From Podarcis bocagei (lineage: Eukaryota): a stretch of DNA of 64,000 bases. The notes beneath the pieces are model-generated. The model saw nothing but the letters and a program-made list of their open reading frames with translations, was not told the origin of the DNA and ran no database searches. The stretch is taken from NCBI GenBank assembly GCA_964188305.1, contig OZ076885.1. One strand, 5' to 3'. Each line of letters starts with the position of its first letter. Position 1 is the stretch's first letter. Below are positions 1 to 38,300 of this stretch, in pieces. The translations under genes and the position numbers were made by a program.

Positions 1-114
1 ACAGCCCAAAGGCATTAGCTTCTCACCAAGCAGATGTTTTGTGAGAAATACAGAGTAGTAAGTTGTAGTTAATGATCTTCTAACATTGTCTTGGATGAAT
101 ATTTTTTTACTTAC

Positions 115-26349
<26,235 letters not shown>

Positions 26350-28419
26350 GGCAATGGGGAGAGGGACCTTCGCTTGGGGAACCTTCGTCGGTGCGCGCAC
26401 CCAGCCGATGCCGTTTCCTCCTGGTCCTGGGCGCAGGTTAGGACGCAGGACTCCGGCCGAGCGCTAGAGGGCGCAGCGCAGCCCTGCGGGAAGGGCCGGC
26501 CTGCGCAGCAGACGGGTTGTCCGAGGAAGAATGTTATTGGCAAGGAAGGCGCTTACCAGGTCGCCTCGCGCTGCCTCGACATTTTCTTGATGATCTCCTG
26601 CAGCCTCCCATGAATTTCAGTGAAAGGGGGACAACTCAGATCAGCTTCCATTGCATATTATTTCTCGCAAATCTTATCTTTCTGCTATATACTACACTAG
26701 GGTTCGTCCAGGTGAAATTACGCACAATGAAACACTTTTTTACAGTCCCATTGATTTCGATAGAAGAGAGTTGCGCAACTGCTAATTAATTCTTCCAGTG
26801 AAATGAGACTTCAAGGCGGTAAGCCTATTTATCTGGCAGTAAGTTCCAATGATATCAATAGGACTTTCTTTTGGATAGGATTGCACTATTGCTTAACTTT
26901 CACACACAGTGTCTCATGACTTTGGGCACTTGGAAGTCTCCCTTATAAGCGTTCTGTGCTGCAACTTAGGGTAGGATCCCAAAGATCCACATCAGGAACT
27001 GCAGCTGGAAGGGGAAATTCTTACCCCAGAGCACACAAGTGGACTCTTTGGATCCAAGATGGTCAAAATTTCACTTCCTTATAGACCCTCTGAATGCAGG
27101 CAGATGTAATACATTTTGTAGAGGATTATGGTTTGAACACAATCTTGCCATTCTCAACTTTGCAACTTTGTCAGTAGCAGAATGATCTTGCATAGAAACA
27201 GTTTTTCAAGTTATTCACCTGAAAATGAATCAGCCACAGTTTTGAACACCCCACTCACTCCCAAAGGTTCCCATCAAGCTACAGAACCTTCCTTTTCCTT
27301 CTCCTCTTCCAGCCCATCCAGGAAAAGTCTATGTAGCAGGTGCATTCCATAACTCCACCTTCTCCTACACTTTCCATTCTTCATTCTTTCCGTCTAGGTC
27401 ATAGGCACAGTCTGTAGCATTCACTAGCTTCATTCCATGCACAGAAACTGTGACAATGGTACTGCTGTACTTTCAAACCAAGAGAGTGAATAACATGCTG
27501 CCATTAGAAATTATTCTAAATCCTTCCAGGTTGCGATGCCAATTCTGTTTCCTTATTCAGAATGAGGTGATGCCCTCGGAGCCTTGTCAAGTGAAATGAA
27601 ACCACCTCATGGTGAAAGCTATGAGAAAAGCAAATACAAATAAGACAAAAACCTGCAAAGAACTCAAAATATTTAGTCCAATTATCCTTGATTTGTTTTT
27701 ATTTTTAAGTACAATCTAAATTAAAATATCCTTGCAAGGTTTTTTATACTTGTCATCTGTAGAAGGTGATATGAGCCAAAGCAAAAACAAAAAGTACTTT
27801 GTGATGTCTTAGAAATCCAGACATTTTTTAAAATCCTGCAGAGAGGTACCTAATAAACGCAAAAGTAATGTTTCTGGACAATTCAGCTAAACACCTGTGT
27901 GAGCAGAAGCCAGCATAGTCAGTCCCACTAGTGCAATGGGCTTTTACATCTCTCACCTGGTGCCCCTGTGCCCTCCAAATCATATTGGGGGAATTAGGAG
28001 AACCCCCAGAACAGTACATGGAGGGAGGAGAGGGGAAATAATACCATCTGGAAAGCAGATTGTAGTATCACAATGTTGACTTTCCCTCTCTAAGTATAAT
28101 GCCAAGGTTGGAAGGGGAGAAAATGAAGAAGACCAGTTACTTGTTGGAAGTGTTGGGAATGGGATGCAACTCACCTTGTGTTGAAGGCTGGTAGGTTTGC
28201 AGGAAGAGGAAGTAGGCATAGGATGTAGGGCAGATCCCAGTGCTTGAACTAAGTTTTGCAAATTGCAGAAAGGCTGTCTGAGGAACTGAGGTGGATAGTG
28301 GTCATGAGATATGAAGTTCTAAACCTAACAGACAAAATAGAAAGTGACAAATCACTGGTTTTGGGTGGCATCCACCACAGTGACTCAAAAGTGCAATTGC
28401 TGATTTTCTAACAAAAATA

Positions 28420-28835
28420 TGTAACTTGTCCCTCAGATCAGCTTCCATACCTGAGGACTGGAAAATAGCAAGTGTAACAAAATTTGTTTTTTAAAGATTA
28501 AGGGGAAACCGTGGACATTTCAAGCCTGTTAGCTTAATATCTATTCTGAAAAAACTGGTAGACAGTATTGTTAAAAGATAAAATAAACCAGCATATAGAA
28601 GAGTAAGCCTTGCTACTGCAGATCCAGCATGGCTTTGGCAAGGGCAAGTCCTATGAACAAGCAAATAGATAAAAGTGATCTGGTTGCCATAGTGTACTTG
28701 AACTTTGACAAAGTACCTCACCCAAGACTCCTGAGTAAGCTTAACAGTAATGGAATAAGAAAAGAGGTCTGTTTGTGTACCAGGAATTGGTTAAGAAGGA
28801 GGAATCAGATAGAAGGAATAAATGGACACTTCTCT
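28420..28835 (+). mobile_element. Degraded CR1 reverse transcriptase fragment
   Basis: PEDWK..., AIVYLNFDKVPHPRLLSKL motifs. Confidence 0.75.
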
Positions 28836-29296
28836 GAATTTATACTTAGAAATGTGGTGCAATCAGTGTATACCCAAATAGATAACATACTTCCAGGCCA
28901 TTCAGAAAGTTAACTTTGCTATATATAATCTCTGAGACACACTGATAACTAGAAAAGCCAGAAAATTGGGTACATTTGAAAACAGAGGCCATCAAAGCAA
29001 GTTTACATGGAACTGAATGTTTATTTGTGGAAGTTCTGCTGTCACTTGAAGCTTATATTTGTGGGTGTTTTCTAGTCTAGGTTTCCCCCGTCTAAGTTAG
29101 GAGAAGCAAGCTTTATATTTCAGTTTTATTCATTACTTGCATGAGTGATTCCTGCAAAATATTAAGTTTGGAAATACAGTATTCCCTTTAAGGAAAAGTC
29201 ATATATTGTATTTTGATGTGTGTGTGTATGTGTGTAAATTAGCAGCTTATTAATTGTACCAAGTAGTCCTATATGGGGTGCTATTAAAGTACAATA

Positions 29297-29499
29297 TACA
29301 ATGGTACCTCGGGTTAAGTACTTAATTCGTTCCAGAGGTCTGTTCTTAACCTGAAGCACCACTTTAGCTGATGGTGCCTCCTGCTGCTGCTGCACCGCTG
29401 GAGCACGATTTCTGTTCTCATCCTGAAGCAAACCGAGGTACTATTTCTGGGTTAGTGGAGTCTGTAACTGAAGCATATGTAACCCGAGGTACCACTGTA
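29297..29499. mobile_element. Tc1/mariner MITE, same family
   Basis: TIRs and TA TSD; internal GCACGATTTCTGTTCTCATCCTG shared. Confidence 0.85.
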
Positions 29500-31279
29500 A
29501 TAGCAGAAGAATGGTACTGGCATTTAAATCTCAGTGTACATAATATTGAAGACAGACTTGGAGTAATTGTCATAGTCTGCCATGGTAATATATTTCCCTG
29601 TACTTCAGGAACACAAATAACCTTGCCCAGCAAGAGGCAATTTGTGCACAAAAGCAGATCTCAGTGTGCAGATTTGATTTATTTGTATAGATCTTGCCTA
29701 TTTTCCCCCTCCCCTGATGTTTTCATTATTGTGCAAGGAAGTGAAATAATCTGTGTTCTTGTCTCAGACAAGCAGCATCTTCATATGTAATTTCTCAGCC
29801 AGAAGATCAGTTGAAGGAAAATGTAAGTCTCTACTCTCCAGACAGAAACCTGGTTGCAGGAAAATAGATTTTTCCTAGTTGTCAATCCATGACATATTGT
29901 TGCTGGGAAAGTGCAATCCACACAGTGCCTGCTAGCTGCTCTAAATGTATTGGCATTTGTCTTCCCTCTGCATTCACTCTGAGAGGTTAGATGCTAACTC
30001 AATAGGCATGTAAATGTCAACTGTTGGTGAGAATTTGGTCACCCAGGTTTGAAAATCAGGAGTTCTGCTGTGTATCTGCTATGTTTCTGTTTTGGTGCAA
30101 ATGCAGCATAAGAAGCTAAATGTTTCAGGGTGCTGAAATAAACAGAGGGGGGAAATTAGAAGGCACCCTTTTTTCATTTTGTGCTTACAGAAGGACCGAG
30201 TTTTGGTGAAGACGTCATTGTGGTTTCATCATTCCTACTGAAATGAATCACTTGTTACAGCTGGAAATACAATACTTGGGGACTAATTACAAAGACGGGA
30301 ATGAGATCTTTTTAATTACTTGCTGTTAACAGACTTCCTAAAGCAGTCAGAAAAGGGACTCTTTTCATCTGAGACAATTTCTCACCTGGCAATGGAAGCT
30401 TTTAAAGCTTCTGTTATGAGATAGCTGAAGGATGAAGGAAGGGAGACAGGGGTGAGAGAAAGTATGGCAGATGGCAGAGGGAGGAGGCAGGGAGGAAGGG
30501 AAGAAGATAATACTACAAAGGAATGAAAGAGGAGAAAGTGCACACACAGAATGGCAAAAAGCTAGAAATAAAAGGAGTACCTTAATTTAAATAATGTGAG
30601 GAAGTAAAAAGCACAGAAATATTTAATGATTATACTTTGTAATAAAAATGAGCTGTATCAGGGGCTATCCAAACTGACATTTACAAAGTCTGGAGATTAA
30701 GAGGCTTGCATATTTCATTTTGAAAATATGGGAAGGAAATCTGTTATCGTGGCACACCTTAAACAGGACTATGCCTTCTTGGCTCATGCTCAGGCTGGTG
30801 CTTGGAATTCTCAATTTGCCACCAAACACTTTTTAGTTAAAATGCATCTAGCTATGAGAGATATGTTTCATGCACACTGTGCATGTCATTACAACCTAAT
30901 TAAACCAACAAATTTACATGTATCCAGTTTGCCAATGTGTGTTGCATATGGAGAAATGGTCATCGGCCTTTGTGGCTATATATATTTTAGGTTATAACCA
31001 TTTTAAGTTGCCTATTTTATGTATGGAATAGATTTGTATCACATTTACAGGCTCCCATGACTCCTTTGTTCCCATTCTGCAATACCACTGCCCTCTGCAT
31101 TTACATGTGGCACATGTGAATTGCCCTGAGACCTCTGGGTATAGGGTGGTATATAAATTCAATAAAAAATAAAATAAATAACACAAGAGAGGCTCTGAGG
31201 TCCACTCAGCAGCTTGATCATACTCAGACGTAAGATGCATCAACATAAATACACTTTTTAATGTTTTTTTTTATACATA

Positions 31280-31710
31280 AAGGTAATTTATGTATGCGCT
31301 ACTGTGGCCTGTTTTTTGCTAGCCCAAAATGGAAAACAAGCAAGGTCCCAACTCAAGAAGAATGGCAACTGATGGAATATGTGTAGCTTGTGGACCTAAA
31401 AATAGAATAAGAGAACAAGAAGAACATATGTTTTTGTTTTTGTAAATAATTTTTAGAAGAACGTATGTTAAAAGAAGATTGGAAAATGTTTATTGAATAT
31501 ATGGGGGGAACTGTGTACCCTTGAAAACGTTGGCAGCAGTGTAAATAAGTTTTGAGGGATGTAATAATGGAATACTGACTGGTTTAGTTCATGTAAAATA
31601 TGCAGGGATTTATGTTATGCAAAATGAATCATGGAAAGAGAAGGAAAGTTGTTGGTATTTAAGGTTGTTTAAATGAATATCCTAAATTGTAAAACTATAT
31701 ATATGTGAAG
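31280..31710 (+). mobile_element. Probable degraded L1-type 3' fragment upstream of the OTOG promoter
   Basis: A-rich strand with remnants like LAQ.WK...P.QEEW and EDWKMFIEY; boundaries approximate. Confidence 0.4.
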
Positions 31711-32271
31711 CAAGATCCATCAACAAAGCATCTATATAGGCTGTCATCCAATGCATATTTCCTTTGAGTAGGTCTCAGAATAAAGAGTCTGCAGGATTAG
31801 CCCAAAAGGTGCGTGCCTGTATCCCCTCCCTAGATTCACACGCGCCCAACGGGGTGTTGTGTGGCCTCCTCTTTCTGAGCGCGCCACGGGCGAATCAACC
31901 CGAGCGAGGGCATTTCCGAGTCCCCAGCCGAGCTTCCCACCGCGGGTCGTCGCCTCGCTCCCATTTCTTCCTGGAGGCCTGAGCTGCGCTCCCTATGGAA
32001 GGGGCAGGGGAACGGCGCCTCCTCCTGAGGGGCCGACATTATGCTAATCAGTGAGGGGAGGCGTCCCCCCAGCGCCGAGCGGCGGCGCTTGGAACGAGAA
32101 CAAGGCGAAGCGAGCCGGCCGGTGCGGGTCCACCCCTTGCCGTCCACACTTGCCCAGCGGCGGGGCGCGGAGATGCTGGCCACCAGGCGCGGCGGGTAAG
32201 GGGAGCGCTCGCCTTCCCTCAGCCTCGGCTCCCGCGGCCACCTCAGAGAGCTCGTCGCTCGCTGCGTCCCG

Positions 32272-32329
32272 ATGGAGCCGCGCTTCAGGCGCGCGAAAGG
32301 GATGCTGGTGTACGTCTGGGTGCCTCAGG
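32272..32329 (+). CDS. OTOG: OTOG exon 1 ([19 protein letters not shown]), signal peptide N-part
   Basis: ATG in CpG island, donor G|GTGAGT, VWVPQG resembles human VWLPWG as recalled. Confidence 0.75.
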
Positions 32330-35300
32330 GTGAGTGTCGGAAAGCGCGCGGTTTCTGTGAGGCGGGAGGTGTCGTCGTCGTCGGTTCCTTTCAAACGCGT
32401 GGGTGGGGGAGGGGATTATTATCAGTATTATTATTATTATTACTATTACCTAGGCGCCGAGAAGGGGCTCCAGGCGCCGCGTTGGTTTGTGGGCGCCAAG
32501 GGCACTCTGGGCAGCCTCGCGCCTTCCCAGCCTCCTCTCAGCTCGCCTCCTCTTTTGCAGCGCTGTTCGCGTGGAGCGTGGCTGCGCAGCTGTCTCCGAG
32601 GAGCGCGGCCCCCGGCCAGGCGAGGTAAGTAAGGGGCGTGAGGGGCGCGCGGCGTGTTCCACTTGCCCTTCTCCCTGCGCGCGGCCCGGAGCGAGCTTGG
32701 GAAAGCGGGCTCGCCGTTCCGTACCTTCCCAGCTCCAAAGCAGGCAGAAAAGCGGGGCGCTCGTCAGGGAAGCTTACCTTAACTGGCATCTCAACTTCAG
32801 ACTCGGGACGGTTCCTGTCTCTTTAATAGAACGAGAGGAAAATTCCACCAGTGCTTTGCTCACCTCAGGGTGATGGGAAAAGCTGCACCTGGGGGGGATC
32901 TGCCCCTCCTGGGCTTTGATTTGACTCTTAAAGGGCCAGGGGCTCTTTCGGAGCCGACTCTGGGCGACCTGGAGGTGTTTGGGCTGAGAAAGGAATGGTG
33001 GTTTAAACTGGGAAAGCTTTGCTGAAATGTGCTGTGCGTTTTGACAAGGTGTGAGAGTGAGCGGTGGGAGAACCAAAATCTGCCTCCAGGGGCAGATCTT
33101 TGTTAGTTCCCTGCAGCAAAAGTAACAAAGAGTGATGTTGTTACCTTTAGAAACTAACAGATTTATTGCGGTCTAAGATTTCATGGGCTAAAGCCGCTCA
33201 ATCATTTAATGAAGCGGTCCCTCGTTAACAGAACATGCTATGCTACAAAAAATAAAATAAAAACGTCTTTAAGGTGACACAAGACTCATAATTGTAATCA
33301 GAATCTGGTAATATATGAAATTTAATTGTGCTTCTGGCACAGAGCTTGGTTGCCTCTTCAGTTAATCACCTGGGGGAGCAGATTTTCTTATATTCCTGTG
33401 TCAAATATCTTAGGCAGGTTATGGAATTCTTTCCTCTATTTCCCCTTGCCTGCAGAAGAATTATGGAGATATAATTAAATGGGCATAAACATAAATAAAT
33501 GGAAGCATTTCTGCATGAAAGGCTTCTGGATTACACTGTTTATTTCCCTTACTGAGTAAGAAATGAGTTTAGTTGCTGGAAGTACATATGAGGCCACAGA
33601 GAATGGGGAATAACTCTTCATGGCTATATTCACACCAGCATTTTTATTGATACAATTTAAAATGTACTAAGTGCTCGCAATTTGCAACCTGTTGATTCTT
33701 AATGTTTTACAGACTCACGAGGGATGGATTAATTTATCTGAGGAGAAATTAAGGATTTGTGGCTTTCATTTCAAGGTGGAGGGGAGTAATTAGGGAAAGG
33801 AGACTTGCATATAAGAGAGGAGCTGGTGTGTTTTTGTTGTTCAGGAGCTAATCAAAGCAACCAGAGACAGAGTAGAAACACACCCTTTTGGAAAAACCAA
33901 GAGTCAAACCCCTTAAGCCCACTTTGCCTGATATTCGCTCCAAAGGAAACTCGCAGTTCAACCTGGGGCCCTCAGTCTGAGAAGAGGTGCAGCTTCCCTG
34001 AGTTCTGCATGAGTAAGAAAGGTGCAGATTACCTCTGCTAAACAAACCCAGCCTTGTTCTTTTTCCGCCTAGGAACGGCAGCAGTGCAGTACTTCGGAAA
34101 GGAGATCCTAGTGCCCTGGGAGAGCTGGTAAGGCAAGGGCACCCACTCGCCTGATGGGAGCTGTTTTTTTCCTGTGTTCGAAAGGTTGGAGTGCTGGGAG
34201 GAGACGTTCACAGGATGGCTCAACCATGCATCCAACAAATTATAGTGTGTGGGGTAGGGGATGGGGATGGGTGTTCCAGTTACTGTGAATGTTTTCTTTC
34301 AGCCATTTGGCACTGTGTTGTCCAGCTGCTGAACGGAATACATTTCCTTCCATTTTCTAGCAGTATTGAGAAAATGACTTGGTTTGCAAACAGTTTTAAT
34401 GAAAGGGTTTGCTTTCAGCAATAGCTGTGTTTGCTCTGAGAGTGTTTTGCCTTGGTTCTTTTACTGAAATAACATGCAAGAATAGTCAGACAATTATACT
34501 CTTGGCTTTAAGTAGAATGTTCCCTCGCTATACATATTATAATTGAAGAAGGGTATTGAAACGGTTTGATGAGCTTTTGATATTAATGACTCCGGCTGAT
34601 GGATTCTTGACTATGGTTGTAATATGAGTCAGTAAAGCTGAGATTTGCTACTTTGGTCACTGAAAGTGACCTGTTAGTATGTAAAAACGTATATAGAAAC
34701 TTGCCCATTTTTATTTAGTAGAGGAACTTCAGCTATCCAACTCTAGAAGTAGAGGGGAAACCCCACTCAAATTTCCAAATGCATTCTAATAGTTGTTTTT
34801 CTTTGAATTCTATCTTGGCAGAAATCCATGAAAACATTGGAATGAATAAATGATATGCTTGGATTTGTAAAGAAAAATGCTTATTTTATAACATTACCTT
34901 TATAACAACAATTTTGTCAGGCTTTATATGATTATTTTATAACAATGTGCAATGTTACATTTATAACAATGTAACAATGAATCAAAATAGGTATATAATT
35001 TTGTTTATAAGCATATTGATCTGGATACCTTTCAGTAAGTTTTAAGTGATTCTAACTGTTGTACCTGGATTATGAAAGTTATTATAATAGACAGGGATAA
35101 TATCGTTTTATTTCTGTAGGTAAAATAAGCTGAAACAAAACCAAAATAAATCACGAGGCTAAATTATCAGAAACAATTATTACATTAACACATTATGTTG
35201 CTGATAAGATGTATTGTAATTTAAATTAAATACTTTCATTTAAATTAATGTTTATTTTTGTTGACAAAAACAAGCTTATTCAACATTTAAGCCTGATTCC

Positions 35301-38300
35301 TATTAATAATTCTTAGGGATCTGATACTGTTAAATGCAAGTTGTTCTTAGTTCTGTCAAAGTCGAGTGCTTATGAACTGCTTACTTTTTGTAATGTTCAG
35401 TCTTCTGTCTGAGTGCTATAAAATCAATATTTTTGTTCTTCATTTTTTCAAAAAAGATTTTGAAGTTTAATAATGACAAATGTTATAGAAAATATAAATG
35501 AAAGAAAAAATATTTTTAAAAACAATAAAGTTGTTACAATTGCTAAGGAATAGGATGCAGTTCTACAATTTACTGAGTCAATAATAAAACACACCAAGTA
35601 GAAAAGGATGCATGTCTATAATTAGGTTTTATTTAGTACAGTACAAAGTTACTTTTTATCTTCTTTTTTTAAGTAAAATTTTGTAATGATTTTGCTTTGG
35701 GCTGTCAAACCATTTGTAATTATTTCATTTGTAATTTAATTTCTTTATAATTAAATTATACACCAGAACTTTATCAACTGCCATGTCTTTTAAAGTATAT
35801 TTTCCCTTCATTCTTCTTTCTGGTTCTTATTTTCTGAATGGGGAAAGAAGTTAGTCACTTTGTACAGCTTAATTGGGCTCCTCAATATGAGTCTGTTTCT
35901 TGATCTTGTTTTTCTCCACTTTTTGTTTCTGGAGAGGTTTTGCAGAGAGAAAAATATTCTGCACAATCACAATAATTAAATCAACTGCTGATAAGGCCAA
36001 AAATTTGCTTTTATGAAAAGCATCCAAGGAATGATAACAACCATTCAGTTGCCGCTTTTCAAGCTGTTGATCCTTAATCCCTCACTCCAAACAATTCTAA
36101 CTTGAAAATAAATATTTGGCAGATGTAACTGAAATGGGAACATCATCAGTTTGGGTAATTTAAGACCATATTAATGGAACTGAAGTAGTTAAACTAAGGA
36201 GAGGAGGGTAGACCAAGAGTGGATAATCTCAAAACTATGGGGAAATGGCAGACAGTTCATCAGCACCCATTGAAAAACTGCTGATGCTCACCAGTTGAGT
36301 TGAGCCAGTGACAACACCCACATGTGACTCAGACACAGAATGTGTCAGTGAACTCAGATCATTGGGGACACACCCCAGTCTACTTCTCTGCATCAAACAC
36401 ACTCCGCAGTGCTAAAGTGCCCTCACTCCATCAGCTCTAGTGCCTCAGCCAGCAATGATCCTCCATTGCAAGTCTTCAGATATCCCTTCAGGCAGGTGCT
36501 ATTGTTTTGGAGTGCAACACACAGACTGAAAAAGGAAGGGCACCCAACATAGTACCCACAGAGAGCACATGCATCCTTTTTGGGACAAGAATTCAAGACA
36601 TATCCCAGGACAGAAAGATTCTTGCCAAGCAGCCAAGGGGAGAGGCCATAGAGCAGGCATCCCCAACCTTCAGCCCTCCAGATGTTTTGGACTACAACTC
36701 CTATCATCCCTGACCACTGGTCCTGTTAGCTAGGGATCATGGGAGTTGTAAACCAAAACATCTGGAGGGCTGCAGGTTGGGGGTGCCTGCCATAGAGGCA
36801 CACCGACAGCAGCAACCTCCCGTGGTTCACTGCATATAGCATGGGAATAGAAAGCAAGAAACAGGAGTTCAAGACTCATCAGGGAAAAGGGATGAGGAAT
36901 GACCCCATTCAGCTTTTGTTTATGAGCACATACACAATCATGGAAGGGGGGAAATAAAGGGAACTCATTGCATTCAATCCATAGTACAACATCACTGAGC
37001 AGTTCTTAACCAATTAGACCAAAGCAATGGATAGGAATTGGACACAACATGGGTCATTGGGTCTTTCCCCATCCCCATGTGGTTAAATTACATTGATGGT
37101 TGTTACTTTGTTCCCCCCCCCTTGCTGTTTTAATGTTTTCTGACTGGTTTATTGCATTTAATTTTGCTGTTGGTTAAATTGTTATGTTGATGTTTTGACT
37201 TAGTTTATTGGGATTCACTGAGGAGAGATGGATATAAATATTTTAAATAAACAAGTAAATATTCACAGCACTTGTTGCAATACTATTTGCTCCCTTCCCC
37301 TGGTGGCTCCAGCATTTCAAGTCGGGTTTTGCCAACTGGGTCCTAGATTTTAGTTCATTTGCTTTGTGTCAGATCCATCTCCTTGGAAGTAGGGAGAGGG
37401 GATTAATGGTAAAGTTGAGGCAAGGCATTTGGTTATTAGTCTTTGTGCAAACAACTGCATGGAATATTTATTTACACATTTATTTGTAAAACCTATACCC
37501 TGGTCTTCCAATGCATTTACTACTTGCCTTGTGCAGTTTAGTTTAAAACCGTTGCAAAAGAAACATTTACATAAAACAAATAGCAGCATAAAATCAGAAC
37601 GGGTTTAGCAGATAAAAACATTCTAAAAGGGTGTATATGGGCTAATATTTTTTAAAGTCCATGTTATTTGAGATTGTTGGCCTCATCACTTGAAGGTTGT
37701 GAGCTGATGATACTGAAAATGTGTGTACTGTTGAATATTGCTGGTGTCCTGTGCAGTCAGAGCCCTAGCAGCAACATGTAGGTGTGCTAGGAAGCAGAAC
37801 AGTGTGGTGTCTGGCTTAATCTCTGAAATTTTCACCCTAGATAAAGAGTGAGTGCAAGCTCACCCTATCAGCCACCATTCGGGGGTGGTGAGGGCAGTAC
37901 AGCAGTGAGAAGGTGGGCCAGGGGACTTGGTCCAACCTCTTATTGCTTCAGGGCCTTATTGGCTGTGAGCCCCCAAAGCTAGAACTAATTGGCTGAACTT
38001 GCTGCTGCTCTTGTCCTGTTGTGGAAATGATTTAAACTAAAATGGTGGGCAGATGGAGGCTTGGTACACGTTTTGGTACTCAGCTATAGTGGCCTTCTCA
38101 GCCATCTGGGGAAGAAGGAAGAAGAGTACTGTTGCTGTTTCTGCCCAGCTGGGCTGATGGTAGGGTTGCCATATTGCCCAGTTGGTTGGGTTTTATCCAG
38201 ATGGCTTTGCCACCCAATGCCTATTTGCATGATTAGTTCCTCCTCCTGAAAGTTATTTAGCATAGACCTTACAGATTCCCTCATTTGAGAGAAAATGTGC

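Larger units (their letters stand above)
31810..32810. promoter_or_regulatory. CpG island at OTOG promoter/exons 1-2
   Basis: Dense CpG, GC-box-like GGGGCG motifs, contains the OTOG ATG; boundaries approximate. Confidence 0.85.
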
